From: a virus
Virus record (IMG/VR): IMGVR_UViG_3300020463_000007
Location: 91,566-155,565 of that record
DNA: 64,000 nucleotides
Strand: one strand, 5' to 3'
Both the position numbers and the translations under genes were made by a program. This document shows, one piece after another, positions 32,035-42,085 of the stretch (the first letter of the stretch is position 1; each line of letters begins with the position of its first letter). The notes under the pieces were generated by a model that ran no database searches, was not told the DNA's origin, and was given only the letters and a program-made list of their open reading frames with translations.

Positions 32035-33947
32035 TGAGTTACAGAATTAATAAAACAAATGGTGACTTACTAGTAGATTTAGTTGACGGACAAATTGATG
32101 TATCTACTTCAAGTTTAACTTTAGTAGGAAGAAACTATACAGGATTTGGTGAAGCTGTTAATGAAAACTTTATAAAACTTTTAGAAAATTTTTCTAACAC
32201 TACTGCACCTGGCACACCTGTAACAGGACAGCTTTGGTTTGATACCCAAGAACAAAGACTAAAAATATATAACGGAACTGCCTTCAAATCTGCTGGTGGC
32301 CCTATAGTGTCAGCATCACAACCTACAATGGTTGCAGGTGACCTATGGATTGATAGTAAAAATAATCAACTATATTTTTTCGATGGAACAGATTTAGTAC
32401 TTGCAGGTCCTCCATATCAAGCAGGACAGCAAAAAACTGGATTTGAAGTTGAATCAGTTATAGACTCAGTAAATGTTACAAGGACTGCATTGAAGTTATT
32501 TATAGGCGGAGCCTTAGTTGGAGTATTTGCAGACAGTCAATTTTACGTTGAGCTTGTAAATGGCATTCCTGGATATCCACAAGATGCTAATGATACACAA
32601 ACTCCTAAACGACAATTATACAAAAAAGGATTTAATCCTATAGCATCTGATTTCAAATACTTAGGAATAGCAGAATCAGCAGAAAGTTTAATTGATGCCG
32701 GCGGTACAAAATTCAATACAGCAAGTTTTATGAGTGCAGTTGGTAATACACAAACTACAGGAAAACTTTCAGTAAAAAATCAATCTGGACTTGCAGTCGG
32801 AGTTGGAGATATTGAATACGGTATACTGAAAGTAAATTCTGGAACCAACCAATTAGAATTAGAAGCACAACAAGCTAACACAGATATAAATTTTAAAGTT
32901 AGAAAAGGTAATGCATATATTTCAGGAATAGTTATAGATGCAACAAATGAAAGAGTAGGTGTATTTAATGATACTCCAACTGTAGAGCTTGACGTCATCG
33001 GCGCCGGCAAATTTTCAGGAAATGTTACAGTCGGTGGTAATTTACTTGTGTCTGGTGATACTACATTTTTAGATACAACAACTTTACGTGTTGAAGATAA
33101 AAATATAGAATTAGGTTTACAAAGTGATAGCACCCAAGCAAATGATGCCGCAATAGATGGCGGAGGCATTGTACTACGCTCAGTAGATGGAAGTAAAGAC
33201 ATACTTTGGTATGATGCAACAAACAGTTGGACATTTAATCAAAATGTTGATCTTACAACAAATGCAATTAATCCAAACCCAGCTTTTAAAATTGATGGAA
33301 CATCTATATTAACAAAAACCGAATTAGCTTCAACAGTTACAACAGCCACAGGCCTTGTAAATATCGGCACACTAGGTTCTATTGATATTGATAATATAAA
33401 TTTAGATGGTTCAACGATAACAGTGACCGGTGGCGGACTTAATATTGTAGCTTCCGGCGACATTTCTGTTAACACACAAAAAATTACAGGGGTAGTTGAC
33501 CCCATAGCTGCTCAAGGAGTAGCTACAAAAAATTATGTTGATACTACTATAGATTCAGAAAATGTAGGATTAGCATTAGATATTACCGGATTTTCAAATC
33601 CAAACGCCGGCGGCGTAGGAAATGGTCCGATAAACGATGTAATTGCAGTATTACAAACATTGTATCCTGCAAATACAAAAAATGGCTCTATAGCCACAGT
33701 ACATTGCACAAACTATGCAGGTGCAAGTATTAATATTAGCCAAGGATTGCTATCTGGGGCACTTAATAAGTCTTATATAGCAGTAGATAAAGACAATGTA
33801 TCATCATCTACATCTGTTATGCAGGATTTAGCAGTTGATGCAGCTGGTGTATCAGGTTCTGCAACCATTACACCAACAAGATATACAATGACTTTTACTA
33901 GTAATGGGTCTACTTGGTCACATGGTAGCACGAGTAATTATCCGTAA
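32034..33947 (+). CDS. Tail fibre protein
   Basis: Same N-terminal anchor (GRNYTGFGEAVNENFIKLLENF...GQLWFD); DP...ATKNYVD fibre motif. Confidence 0.8.
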   Translation: MSYRINKTNGDLLVDLVDGQIDVSTSSLTLVGRNYTGFGEAVNENFIKLLENFSNTTAPGTPVTGQLWFDTQEQRLKIYNGTAFKSAGGPIVSASQPTMVAGDLWIDSKNNQLYFFDGTDLVLAGPPYQAGQQKTGFEVESVIDSVNVTRTALKLFIGGALVGVFADSQFYVELVNGIPGYPQDANDTQTPKRQLYKKGFNPIASDFKYLGIAESAESLIDAGGTKFNTASFMSAVGNTQTTGKLSVKNQSGLAVGVGDIEYGILKVNSGTNQLELEAQQANTDINFKVRKGNAYISGIVIDATNERVGVFNDTPTVELDVIGAGKFSGNVTVGGNLLVSGDTTFLDTTTLRVEDKNIELGLQSDSTQANDAAIDGGGIVLRSVDGSKDILWYDATNSWTFNQNVDLTTNAINPNPAFKIDGTSILTKTELASTVTTATGLVNIGTLGSIDIDNINLDGSTITVTGGGLNIVASGDISVNTQKITGVVDPIAAQGVATKNYVDTTIDSENVGLALDITGFSNPNAGGVGNGPINDVIAVLQTLYPANTKNGSIATVHCTNYAGASINISQGLLSGALNKSYIAVDKDNVSSSTSVMQDLAVDAAGVSGSATITPTRYTMTFTSNGSTWSHGSTSNYP

Positions 33948-33993
33948 TGCTGATAAATACTATTAATATAATGCATATTAGGGGTTAATAAAA

Positions 33994-35520
33994 ATGGCAT
34001 ACACAATTGACAGATATAATAATTCTCAACTTACAGTTGTCGAAGATGGAACCATTGACCAAACTACCGACATTAAATTAGTTGGTAAAAATTATGCCGG
34101 ATACGGAGAAATACAAAATGAAAATTTTGTTTTCTTATTAGAAAACTTTTCAGGAACATCAGCACCTCCTAAAGCAATCTCAGGGCAAATTTGGTTTGAT
34201 AGTTCGACGAAAAAGTTAAAGTTTTATGACGGAACAAAATTCCGCACAACAGGTGGCGCAGAAGTTAGTGCTACACAACCAGCAGGCTTAACAGAAGGTG
34301 ACTTTTGGTGGGATACTGTAAATGAGCAACTTTATGCTTTTAATAATACAAGTTTTGTTTTAGTTGGACCACAGGACGCTGGTTCACTCTTAACACAATG
34401 GAAGAGTGCTACAATAAACGACAATGCAGGGGTTTCACGTTCTATAATTAAAGCAATTATTAACGATGAAGTTGTAATGATTGTTTCTAATCAGGCATTT
34501 ACAATAGATAGTACAGATGCAACAAACGCTATAGCAGGTTTTGATGTCGTAAAACAAGGCATGACACTTAAAAATACTGTTAATGCAACAGGCGGTGTTA
34601 CTTCTACAAACTTTAGATATTGGGGTACTGCATCTAATGCAGACAAACTAGGCGGGGTCGATGCCGCTAGTTATTTACGAGCAGGTGATGCAAACTTTAC
34701 TTCTCTAGCAGAATTTGCAGACATAGGTTTAGCGGTAGGTGATTCAAACGATTTTAGAATTAAAATTGAAAATGGCAATGAAGCAGTACTTGCAAACGAA
34801 ATAGGTACTTTAATTACCATAAGAGCCAAAGATACTGGCGGTTCTCTTAAAAATACATTAAAAATCCAAGCTAATTCTGTAATCCCTGGATTAGCTAGTG
34901 ACGGTATTTCAACTGAGACTGTAACTTTAGGTACAGCAGATCATCAATTTAATAATGTATTTGCAACAAATTTTACAGGGCTTGCTGAAAAAGCAACCAA
35001 TCTTGTAGTTGCTGGTACAAATAGAGCAGGGTCTGAAACAGTGGCAAACGGAACTGTAGCAACAAGGACCGAAGCTTCAGAGGTTATTAATGCACAGACT
35101 ATTCCAGCAGGATCACTGAAAGCAAACTACTTTGTTGGAATATCAACACAAGCACAGTATGCTGACTTAGCAGAAAAATATACCACTGCTGAAGAATATC
35201 CAGTAGGAACAGCAATGGCTATATGTAGACATGGAGATCATGAAGCAGACCTAGCATCAGACGTAGATATGTGTATTGGTGTAACATCTGATTCACCAGC
35301 ATTGCTTATGAATGCTAATAGTGAAGGACAACCAATAGCATTAAAAGGTAGAGTACCAGTAAGAGTGTTAGGAAAAGTAGAAAAGGGCGATCCTGTATAC
35401 GTAGGAGAAAATGGGGTATGTCAGTCAGCTGATTCACAAGGGCGAGATATTGTAGGTATTGCATTAGAGTCTAATGAAGATGAAAACGAAAAGCTGGTTG
35501 AATGTGTATTAAAAGTATAA
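33994..35520 (+). CDS. Tail fibre protein with probable C-terminal autocleaving chaperone domain
   Basis: Shared N-terminal anchor; C-terminal AQYADLAEKY...PVGT...IALKGRVPV...IVGIALE resembles intramolecular-chaperone (peptidase G2/S74-like) domains. GATAAATA upstream at 33952-33959. Confidence 0.75.
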   Translation: MAYTIDRYNNSQLTVVEDGTIDQTTDIKLVGKNYAGYGEIQNENFVFLLENFSGTSAPPKAISGQIWFDSSTKKLKFYDGTKFRTTGGAEVSATQPAGLTEGDFWWDTVNEQLYAFNNTSFVLVGPQDAGSLLTQWKSATINDNAGVSRSIIKAIINDEVVMIVSNQAFTIDSTDATNAIAGFDVVKQGMTLKNTVNATGGVTSTNFRYWGTASNADKLGGVDAASYLRAGDANFTSLAEFADIGLAVGDSNDFRIKIENGNEAVLANEIGTLITIRAKDTGGSLKNTLKIQANSVIPGLASDGISTETVTLGTADHQFNNVFATNFTGLAEKATNLVVAGTNRAGSETVANGTVATRTEASEVINAQTIPAGSLKANYFVGISTQAQYADLAEKYTTAEEYPVGTAMAICRHGDHEADLASDVDMCIGVTSDSPALLMNANSEGQPIALKGRVPVRVLGKVEKGDPVYVGENGVCQSADSQGRDIVGIALESNEDENEKLVECVLKV

Positions 35521-35538
35521 AAATAGGATTAGTTCGCT

Positions 35539-36438
35539 ATGACAGTTAACGCCCAAGAATTAATTACAGCAGCAACCTTTAACGGATTACAGAGTAGAAT
35601 TGAGACTGTACTAGGACAAGGGTTTAGTGATACTGGGTACGGACAAACACTAAGTAGTTCAATTGTTGCAGCAAATACTGTAATTACGGCTACACATCTT
35701 TCTAATTTAAAATCAGATATAGATAAATGTAGAGCTCATCAAACAGGTAGTCTTACATCTCTATCAACAATTAATGCTACTGATAGAATTGGTGCATCAG
35801 AATCTATAGACAAAGATGGTACTACAGATACTAGCAAAGGTGTCAATGATTATCTTTCTATACTTTCTTCTCTAGAAGCAGACAAACAATTATGTGATGA
35901 TACACAAGCATCTGTTGAGTCAGTATTGCAAAGCACAAGAGTATCTGAATGGAATGGTACTATTACACATGTTTTTACAGTGACGTTCACAGACGCAGAT
36001 GCAAGACGTCATTTTTTTAACGCTGGAGGACAAATTAGATTTCAAGCTAACTTATCTAATGGTAGTGGAGGTAAAGACTCAGATTGGGCTTCTATGTTAG
36101 CGGCTATGGGGACAGTATCAATAGCATCACATGCAACTACACAAACAGGGGCAGGAGTGCCAACAGCAATAGGAAATTTTGAACTTACTAGTTCTTCTCA
36201 AAGAATATTTCATAAATTAGGCACAGCTTACGATTATCAAAATAACATGTATACTGTAAATGCTCGTACACTTGCTGATAATATTATTGAATTTAATATA
36301 GAATTTCAAGATAATGCTGACGGCGGCGGCGATCCAAATGTAACAGGCGACATATTAAGTTCAATTACACACCGTAGACCATCGGGTACATACGTTTCAG
36401 TACCATCGCCCACATACAACAACACTTCAGAACTCTAA
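35539..36438 (+). CDS. Virion structural protein (paralogue A)
   Basis: GYGQ...RRHFFNAGGQIRF...DWASML; Thr/Ser/Gly-rich; in the tail module. Confidence 0.6.
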   Translation: MTVNAQELITAATFNGLQSRIETVLGQGFSDTGYGQTLSSSIVAANTVITATHLSNLKSDIDKCRAHQTGSLTSLSTINATDRIGASESIDKDGTTDTSKGVNDYLSILSSLEADKQLCDDTQASVESVLQSTRVSEWNGTITHVFTVTFTDADARRHFFNAGGQIRFQANLSNGSGGKDSDWASMLAAMGTVSIASHATTQTGAGVPTAIGNFELTSSSQRIFHKLGTAYDYQNNMYTVNARTLADNIIEFNIEFQDNADGGGDPNVTGDILSSITHRRPSGTYVSVPSPTYNNTSEL

Positions 36439-36495
36439 AACAAACACCTAATCTTTCGATAAATACATTATATTACAGTATAATGGAGAAAAAAT

Positions 36496-37515
36496 ATGCC
36501 ATCTGTTGGGTCTAATGTTGAAGCGGCGTTGTATAATGACTATGTACAACGAGTGAATTTAATATTGGGTATTGGTACCGGTAAGAAAGGCTACGGTGTG
36601 GCAATGTCAAACACCGGCACAGCAGTAGTCGGCACTACTGATATCAGTGCATCTCAATGGGCTGGCTTAAGAACAGACTTAAATTTAATTCATCAACATC
36701 AACTTAACACTACAACTGCAATAGGTGAAATTGTAAGTGGCAATATAATTGGCGCAGATGAGTCAAATGTTGGTACCGGCTCAACAGTACTTAGAGATAA
36801 TGCCACTGATACCTTTACCATTGTTAATCCAGATACTAATAAAGGGGTAAATGATTTTGGAATAACATTTACTGCCATTGAAGCAGATCCAGAACAGGTA
36901 TTTGCTAGTCATTTAGTGCTAGAATCTAAAATTACTCCTTCAACATCGGGTGCATCTTATACTACTACATGGAACGGCACATTGACAGCAATTATAGACG
37001 TTGCATTTGCTGGCGGCTATACTTGTAAAAACAACGATGGATCCAGTGTAACTGCAAATGGTGATGATCATAGGAGACATTTTTTTAACACAGGCGGTGA
37101 TATTAGATTTTCAACAGCAGGAGCAAACGGATCCGGAAGTAAATCAGCAGATTGGAATACTATGCTTACTAATTTTGGAACTATTACTTTCAAAAATAGT
37201 TCTACTACTACAACAGGAACTGCTACAGTCGGCTCAGGGTTTGGTTCAGAAGATTTAACAACGTCATATCAGCAGGTTGCAGTAAAATTTGGCTCAGCCG
37301 CAAATTATGCAGAAAATAGTATCAAAGTCGAAGCTAAACACAATGGTAGTGGCACAATAAGTTTCCGATTTACATGGGCAGATACAGATACTGGAGATCC
37401 GTTTACTGATGAAAGTGTTGATTTGGATATTAATCTTTCCATGTCTCAGACCCGTTGTAATGGTCCTATTAGTATTGCAACACCAACATATTCTTTAGCT
37501 CAATCCATTAGCTAA
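36496..37515 (+). CDS. Virion structural protein (paralogue B)
   Basis: GYG...RRHFFNTGGDIRF...DWNTML; paralogous to 35539-36438. GATAAATA upstream at 36458-36465. Confidence 0.6.
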   Translation: MPSVGSNVEAALYNDYVQRVNLILGIGTGKKGYGVAMSNTGTAVVGTTDISASQWAGLRTDLNLIHQHQLNTTTAIGEIVSGNIIGADESNVGTGSTVLRDNATDTFTIVNPDTNKGVNDFGITFTAIEADPEQVFASHLVLESKITPSTSGASYTTTWNGTLTAIIDVAFAGGYTCKNNDGSSVTANGDDHRRHFFNTGGDIRFSTAGANGSGSKSADWNTMLTNFGTITFKNSSTTTTGTATVGSGFGSEDLTTSYQQVAVKFGSAANYAENSIKVEAKHNGSGTISFRFTWADTDTGDPFTDESVDLDINLSMSQTRCNGPISIATPTYSLAQSIS

Positions 37516-37528
37516 GCCAATTATACCA

Positions 37529-37557
37529 TTGACAACTATCAATTTTTAGTATATAAT
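37529..37557 (+). promoter_or_regulatory. sigma70-type promoter for the glycosyltransferase block
   Basis: TTGACA (37529-37534), 17-bp spacer, TATAAT (37552-37557); AAGGAG RBS downstream. Confidence 0.85.
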
Positions 37558-37582
37558 AATAGTATTACTGAAGGAGTATTCT

Positions 37583-37930
37583 ATGGATGAAAGGCTAGAA
37601 AAAGCATTAGATTTTTCCAATCACATGATTACGTTAAACAATCAACGTAGTCTTATTCATGAAAAATTTTTGGAAAACTGTGTTCATTATGTCAACGGCG
37701 GAAAATTTAACGTAAACAGAGAATTAATTAATTTTTGTAATACTTTGATACAAAATAATCAAAGCAGTTCAATTCTTATAGATGATAACAATTCTCCAAT
37801 TGAAATTGAAAATTTACAAGATTTTCTTGATAAAATTTTAGATATATATTCTACAAATTCAAATTTGTATTTACAAAAATTTAATGAACTTAAAAAAACT
37901 AGAACTGTTGAAGGCATTCTAGATCTATGA
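37583..37930 (+). CDS. Hypothetical protein
   Basis: 115-aa ORF with a strong RBS; overlaps the next gene. Confidence 0.7.
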   Translation: MDERLEKALDFSNHMITLNNQRSLIHEKFLENCVHYVNGGKFNVNRELINFCNTLIQNNQSSSILIDDNNSPIEIENLQDFLDKILDIYSTNSNLYLQKFNELKKTRTVEGILDL

Positions 37931-38784
37931 CGCAAGGTGTATTACTCTTTGCATTAAATAATTTAGAAGTAGACTATATTAAACAAGCAGTTTTTTGTGC
38001 AAAGAAAATTAAAGAACATTTAAGGTTGCCTGTAGCTCTTGTTACAGATAATTCTCAGTATCTAGAAACAACCTATACATTTTACAAAAAATATATAGAT
38101 CAAGTAATAGATATTCCTAATACACATACAGAACAAAAACGTATTTTTCTAGATGGAGTATATAGTACAAAAAAGTTAGCATGGAAAAATCATTCAAGAC
38201 CAGACTGTTATAATTTAACACCGTTTGATGAGACTATAGTATTAGATGCAGATTTTATTATTTGTAATGATAAATTGTTAAATTGTTTTGACATAAATCA
38301 AGATTTTTTAATTTATAGGCATCCAACTGATATTGCAAAAACTTTGAGAAGATTGCAGAAATTTGATAGGATAAGCGATCGTTCGATTGATATGTGGTGG
38401 GCAACAGGTTTTTACTTTAAAAAAACAGACTTTATGGAAATGTATTTTAATTTAATACAACACATAAAAGATAATTGGTCTTATTACAGATTAATGTATC
38501 AAATTCCTAACAATAATTATAGAAATGATTTTTCTTTCAGTATGGCAATACACATTTTGCAAGGATTTCAATTAGGCCCTTGGCCACAAAAAATGCCAGG
38601 GAATATGTATATGGCATCAGACGGTGATATGTTACATGAACTTAAAGGCAATAAGATGTCGTTTATCTGTGATTATACAAGTGGTGGTAGTTTTGTAGGA
38701 GCAACAATTGAAGACTCAAATGTACATGTAATGAATAAATTTAGTTTAGGAAGAGCAATAGATAAAGAGTTTGAAAATGAGTGA
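37927..38784 (+). CDS. GT-A fold glycosyltransferase-like protein (GT8/mannosyltransferase-like)
   Basis: PVALVTD, TPFDETIVLDAD DxD motif, RNDFSFS, HVMNK. Confidence 0.7.
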   Translation: MTQGVLLFALNNLEVDYIKQAVFCAKKIKEHLRLPVALVTDNSQYLETTYTFYKKYIDQVIDIPNTHTEQKRIFLDGVYSTKKLAWKNHSRPDCYNLTPFDETIVLDADFIICNDKLLNCFDINQDFLIYRHPTDIAKTLRRLQKFDRISDRSIDMWWATGFYFKKTDFMEMYFNLIQHIKDNWSYYRLMYQIPNNNYRNDFSFSMAIHILQGFQLGPWPQKMPGNMYMASDGDMLHELKGNKMSFICDYTSGGSFVGATIEDSNVHVMNKFSLGRAIDKEFENE

Positions 38785-39604
38785 TGGATTTTGTTTACTA
38801 GCACAGAATAATTCTACGGTAGATTATATTAAACAAGCATATGCTCTGGCCGTAAGTATTCATAAATTTAATAAAGGACAAAACATATCCTTAATTACAA
38901 ATGATAAAGTGCCTGAAAAATATAAGCATGTGTTTGACAAAATAATTAATATTCCTTGGACTGATCAAGCAGAGCATACAGATTGGAAGATTGAAAATAG
39001 ATGGAAAGTGTATCACGCTTCTCCTTATGAACATACTATTGTAATGGATGTAGACATGCTAGTCTTGCATGATATATCGCATTGGTGGAAGGAACTGAAA
39101 AAAAGAAATTTATTTTTTGTAAGCAATGTAAAAAATTACAGAAATGAAAATGTAATTTCTAGACATTATAGAAAAACATGGGATGAAAATAATCTTCCAA
39201 ACTTGTATAGTGCATTTTATTATTTTAAAAAGTCTGACAAAGCTCATGAGTTTTTTAAATTATTAGAAATAATTATGATTAATTGGGAATTATTTTATGG
39301 AAAGTTTGCAGGAAATTACTATCAAAAATGGTGTAGTATGGATTTAAGCTGTAGTATTGCTAGTAAAATATTAGACAATACTTTAGAAATTACTGATATT
39401 AATTCTTTTATTACATTTACTCATATGAAGCCCTATTGCCAAAATTGGCATGAAACTCCTAATAAATGGACAACTGTTTTAGGAGGGTATTTTACAAAAG
39501 ATCAAACTATGCTGATTGGCAATTTTTTACAACGAAATATTTTACACTATGTTGAACCAGAATTTTTAACAGATAGATTAATTGATAGACTGGAGTCTGT
39601 GTAA
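38777..39604 (+). CDS. GT-A fold glycosyltransferase-like protein, paralogue of the preceding gene
   Basis: SPYEHTIVMDVD DxD motif; FTHMK; shared N-terminus (N-x-x-VDYIKQA). Confidence 0.7.
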   Translation: MSDGFCLLAQNNSTVDYIKQAYALAVSIHKFNKGQNISLITNDKVPEKYKHVFDKIINIPWTDQAEHTDWKIENRWKVYHASPYEHTIVMDVDMLVLHDISHWWKELKKRNLFFVSNVKNYRNENVISRHYRKTWDENNLPNLYSAFYYFKKSDKAHEFFKLLEIIMINWELFYGKFAGNYYQKWCSMDLSCSIASKILDNTLEITDINSFITFTHMKPYCQNWHETPNKWTTVLGGYFTKDQTMLIGNFLQRNILHYVEPEFLTDRLIDRLESV

Positions 39605-40167
39605 TGTTTTATGTCTACTATAGTGATTCAGGAGATTTATTATCAGTTACAAACGAATTAACCAGTGATAATCCGCATTTAGTAATTGATAAAGATCTAT
39701 ATGTTGATTTTGTATCTGGTAAGTGTAATCTTGTAGATTATTATGTTCTTTTAAGTCCTGAATCTCCACCAAAATTTTTAAGGAAAGATGAAACAGAGAA
39801 TTTTGATGTTGATAAAAGTATACACGAAATAAAGAGATTAGATAAAGTTACAAAATATGATCCTTTATCATTTTATATTTTCCAAGATAAAAAGAAAGAA
39901 AAATGGCAGGGAAAAGCTAATATTTCAGGACTAGTTGAGTCAAGAATCCTTAACAATAAATATTTGAGCCAGTATAAAAAAGTTTATGTTACAGAGGAGA
40001 ATAATCCTAATATATTACTAGGACAATTAACTATAGACATGAAAAAATTTGCAGATAAAAAATTATTTGATATAGAATCTGATAACAATAGTATTGTTGT
40101 GTTAGATAAGATTAGTTTATATTGCCCTGTAAATGATGAAATTTTTTATCATGTTGTGAGGAAATGA
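39604..40167 (+). CDS. Hypothetical protein
   Basis: 187-aa ORF translationally coupled (TAATG). Confidence 0.65.
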   Translation: MFYVYYSDSGDLLSVTNELTSDNPHLVIDKDLYVDFVSGKCNLVDYYVLLSPESPPKFLRKDETENFDVDKSIHEIKRLDKVTKYDPLSFYIFQDKKKEKWQGKANISGLVESRILNNKYLSQYKKVYVTEENNPNILLGQLTIDMKKFADKKLFDIESDNNSIVVLDKISLYCPVNDEIFYHVVRK

Positions 40168-40174
40168 AATATAT

Positions 40175-41110
40175 ATGCCTAATAAATTTAAAGTTTTGGA
40201 TTATGATGTTATCTATTTAAGCTATGATGAACCAAATGCAGAAGAAAATTATTCAGATTTACTTACAAAAATTCCCTGGGCAAAACGTGTACATGGTATA
40301 AAAGGTTCAGATGCAGCTCATAAAGAATGTGCAAAATTAAGCGAAACAGATAGATTTATTACAGTAGACGGTGATAATAAAATTAAAGATAATTTTTTAA
40401 AAGAAGAAATATCTTTTGAAGATGATGTAGAATTAGAAAACTGTGTAATTAGTTGGGCTGGAAAAAATGAAGTAAACGGCTTAGTATATGGAAACGGTGG
40501 ACTTAAATGTTGGCCAAAAGAATATGTCCTTAAAATGCGTACACATGAAAATGCGGATCCAGATAACGAACATGCTCAGGTTGATTTTTGTTGGGACTTA
40601 AAATATGTGCAAATGAATAGTTGCTTTTCAGATGTATATAATAACGCTACGCCACAACAGGCATGGCGAGCGGGCTTTAGAGAAGGTGTAAAGCTATCAT
40701 TAAATCAAGGTATAAAACCTGAAAAAAATGATTTTTTAAACTTACACTGGAGATGTTTACACTGGTTATATATATGGGCAATGGTAGGCGCAGATGTTAA
40801 AAACGGTGACTGGGCAATGCTTGGTACTCGAGCAGGTGTATATAAAACAATGTGTACTGATTGGGACTATGTTAATGTAAGAGATTTTGAATATTTAAAT
40901 AATCTATGGCAAGAAGAATTTTCTTTGATAGATAGCAACAAAGTTACTGAAGAGTCAACTTCATATGGTACAAAACTTGTTAATGAATTACAGCTACCTA
41001 TTGCTATAGAGCCTTTTACAGAAAGTGCTAGTAAATTTTTTAAGGTAATTTATCAACAACCTGATCGAGTCAACAGACATAAAGGACTATCTGGATCAGG
41101 GGTTAAATAA
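40175..41110 (+). CDS. Glycosyltransferase-like protein (GT-A, DGD motif)
   Basis: DVIYLSYDEPNAEENY...KRVHG...AH...FITVDGDN...YGNGGLK...AWRAGFREGVKL. Confidence 0.6.
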   Translation: MPNKFKVLDYDVIYLSYDEPNAEENYSDLLTKIPWAKRVHGIKGSDAAHKECAKLSETDRFITVDGDNKIKDNFLKEEISFEDDVELENCVISWAGKNEVNGLVYGNGGLKCWPKEYVLKMRTHENADPDNEHAQVDFCWDLKYVQMNSCFSDVYNNATPQQAWRAGFREGVKLSLNQGIKPEKNDFLNLHWRCLHWLYIWAMVGADVKNGDWAMLGTRAGVYKTMCTDWDYVNVRDFEYLNNLWQEEFSLIDSNKVTEESTSYGTKLVNELQLPIAIEPFTESASKFFKVIYQQPDRVNRHKGLSGSGVK

Positions 41111-41113
41111 CAT

Positions 41114-42085
41114 ATGCACAAAGATATGATTTATGATGTCCTAGACCATCATCACAAAGAGGCCAAGGACTGGGTCGTTGTGAATTGGAACTTAGGAAAT
41201 ATGTGTAACTACTCTTGTAGTTATTGTCCTCCTATTTTAAACAACGGTAGCTTTGGTTGGCAAGATTTTGAAGTAATTAAAAAATTTATCGATACATGCG
41301 AAAAACACTATGCACCGAGAAAAGTATATTTTGAATTCACTGGTGGAGAAGTTACGTTATGGAAAGACTTTATTAAATGTGCTCAATACATAAAGTCCAA
41401 AGGGCATGACATAGGATTTATAAGTAATGCAAGTCGTACTATTCGTTGGTGGGAAAAAAATAAAAATAATTTTGATCATGTTTGTTTAAGTTTTCATCCT
41501 GAGAGTGCTGAAGCTGGTCATTTCTTAGAAGTAGTAAAAATTATGTCTAAGGTATGTAGGACACATGTCAATATTATGATGCATACCGATCTTGGTAGAT
41601 TCAACAATGGTGTTGAATTAACAAAAAAATTAGTAAAAGAAGTACAAAATTTCAGTCTAGCTTTACAACCTCTTGTGGTTGACTTTGGAACAGAAAGATT
41701 TCCATATACAGAGCAACAACTAGATACAATAGATAGGCAATGGGAAGATTTTGGTAAGCATATTAAATATAATAAAGACTTTAAGTTATATAGAGGCAGT
41801 ATGGATATGATTAATTCTAAAACCGGCAAAACAAAAAATCAAGCGCCTCATAGGTTTATTGCCGATAATACTAACAACTGGGAAGGGTGGAAATGTTATA
41901 GCGGTGTTGAACAAATCGTTGTAGACTTTGATGGTACTGTAATGATTGGCTGGTGTAGGGTAGGAGGTTCTTTAGGGAATATGAAAGATCCTGATAATAT
42001 AGCGTGGCCAGTTGATCCTGTAATATGTAATAAAAGTTATTGTCATTGTAATTTTGATATAATGAGTAAAAAGGAGCTTGTCTAA
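41114..42085 (+). CDS. Radical SAM protein with C-terminal twitch/SPASM-like domain
   Basis: CNYSCSYC, FTGGE, C-terminal C...VDFDG...C...CNKSYCHCNFD. Confidence 0.9.
   Translation: MHKDMIYDVLDHHHKEAKDWVVVNWNLGNMCNYSCSYCPPILNNGSFGWQDFEVIKKFIDTCEKHYAPRKVYFEFTGGEVTLWKDFIKCAQYIKSKGHDIGFISNASRTIRWWEKNKNNFDHVCLSFHPESAEAGHFLEVVKIMSKVCRTHVNIMMHTDLGRFNNGVELTKKLVKEVQNFSLALQPLVVDFGTERFPYTEQQLDTIDRQWEDFGKHIKYNKDFKLYRGSMDMINSKTGKTKNQAPHRFIADNTNNWEGWKCYSGVEQIVVDFDGTVMIGWCRVGGSLGNMKDPDNIAWPVDPVICNKSYCHCNFDIMSKKELV

Noticed and set aside
14997-33505. Numerous short antisense and alternate-frame ORFs inside structural genes
   Set aside because: Fully nested in long ORFs, no motifs, and expected from codon bias.
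30010-35520. Diversity-generating retroelement or invertible fibre cassette
   Set aside because: No reverse transcriptase or recombinase, and I saw no near-identical TR/VR pair or inverted repeats; fibre similarity is at protein level only.
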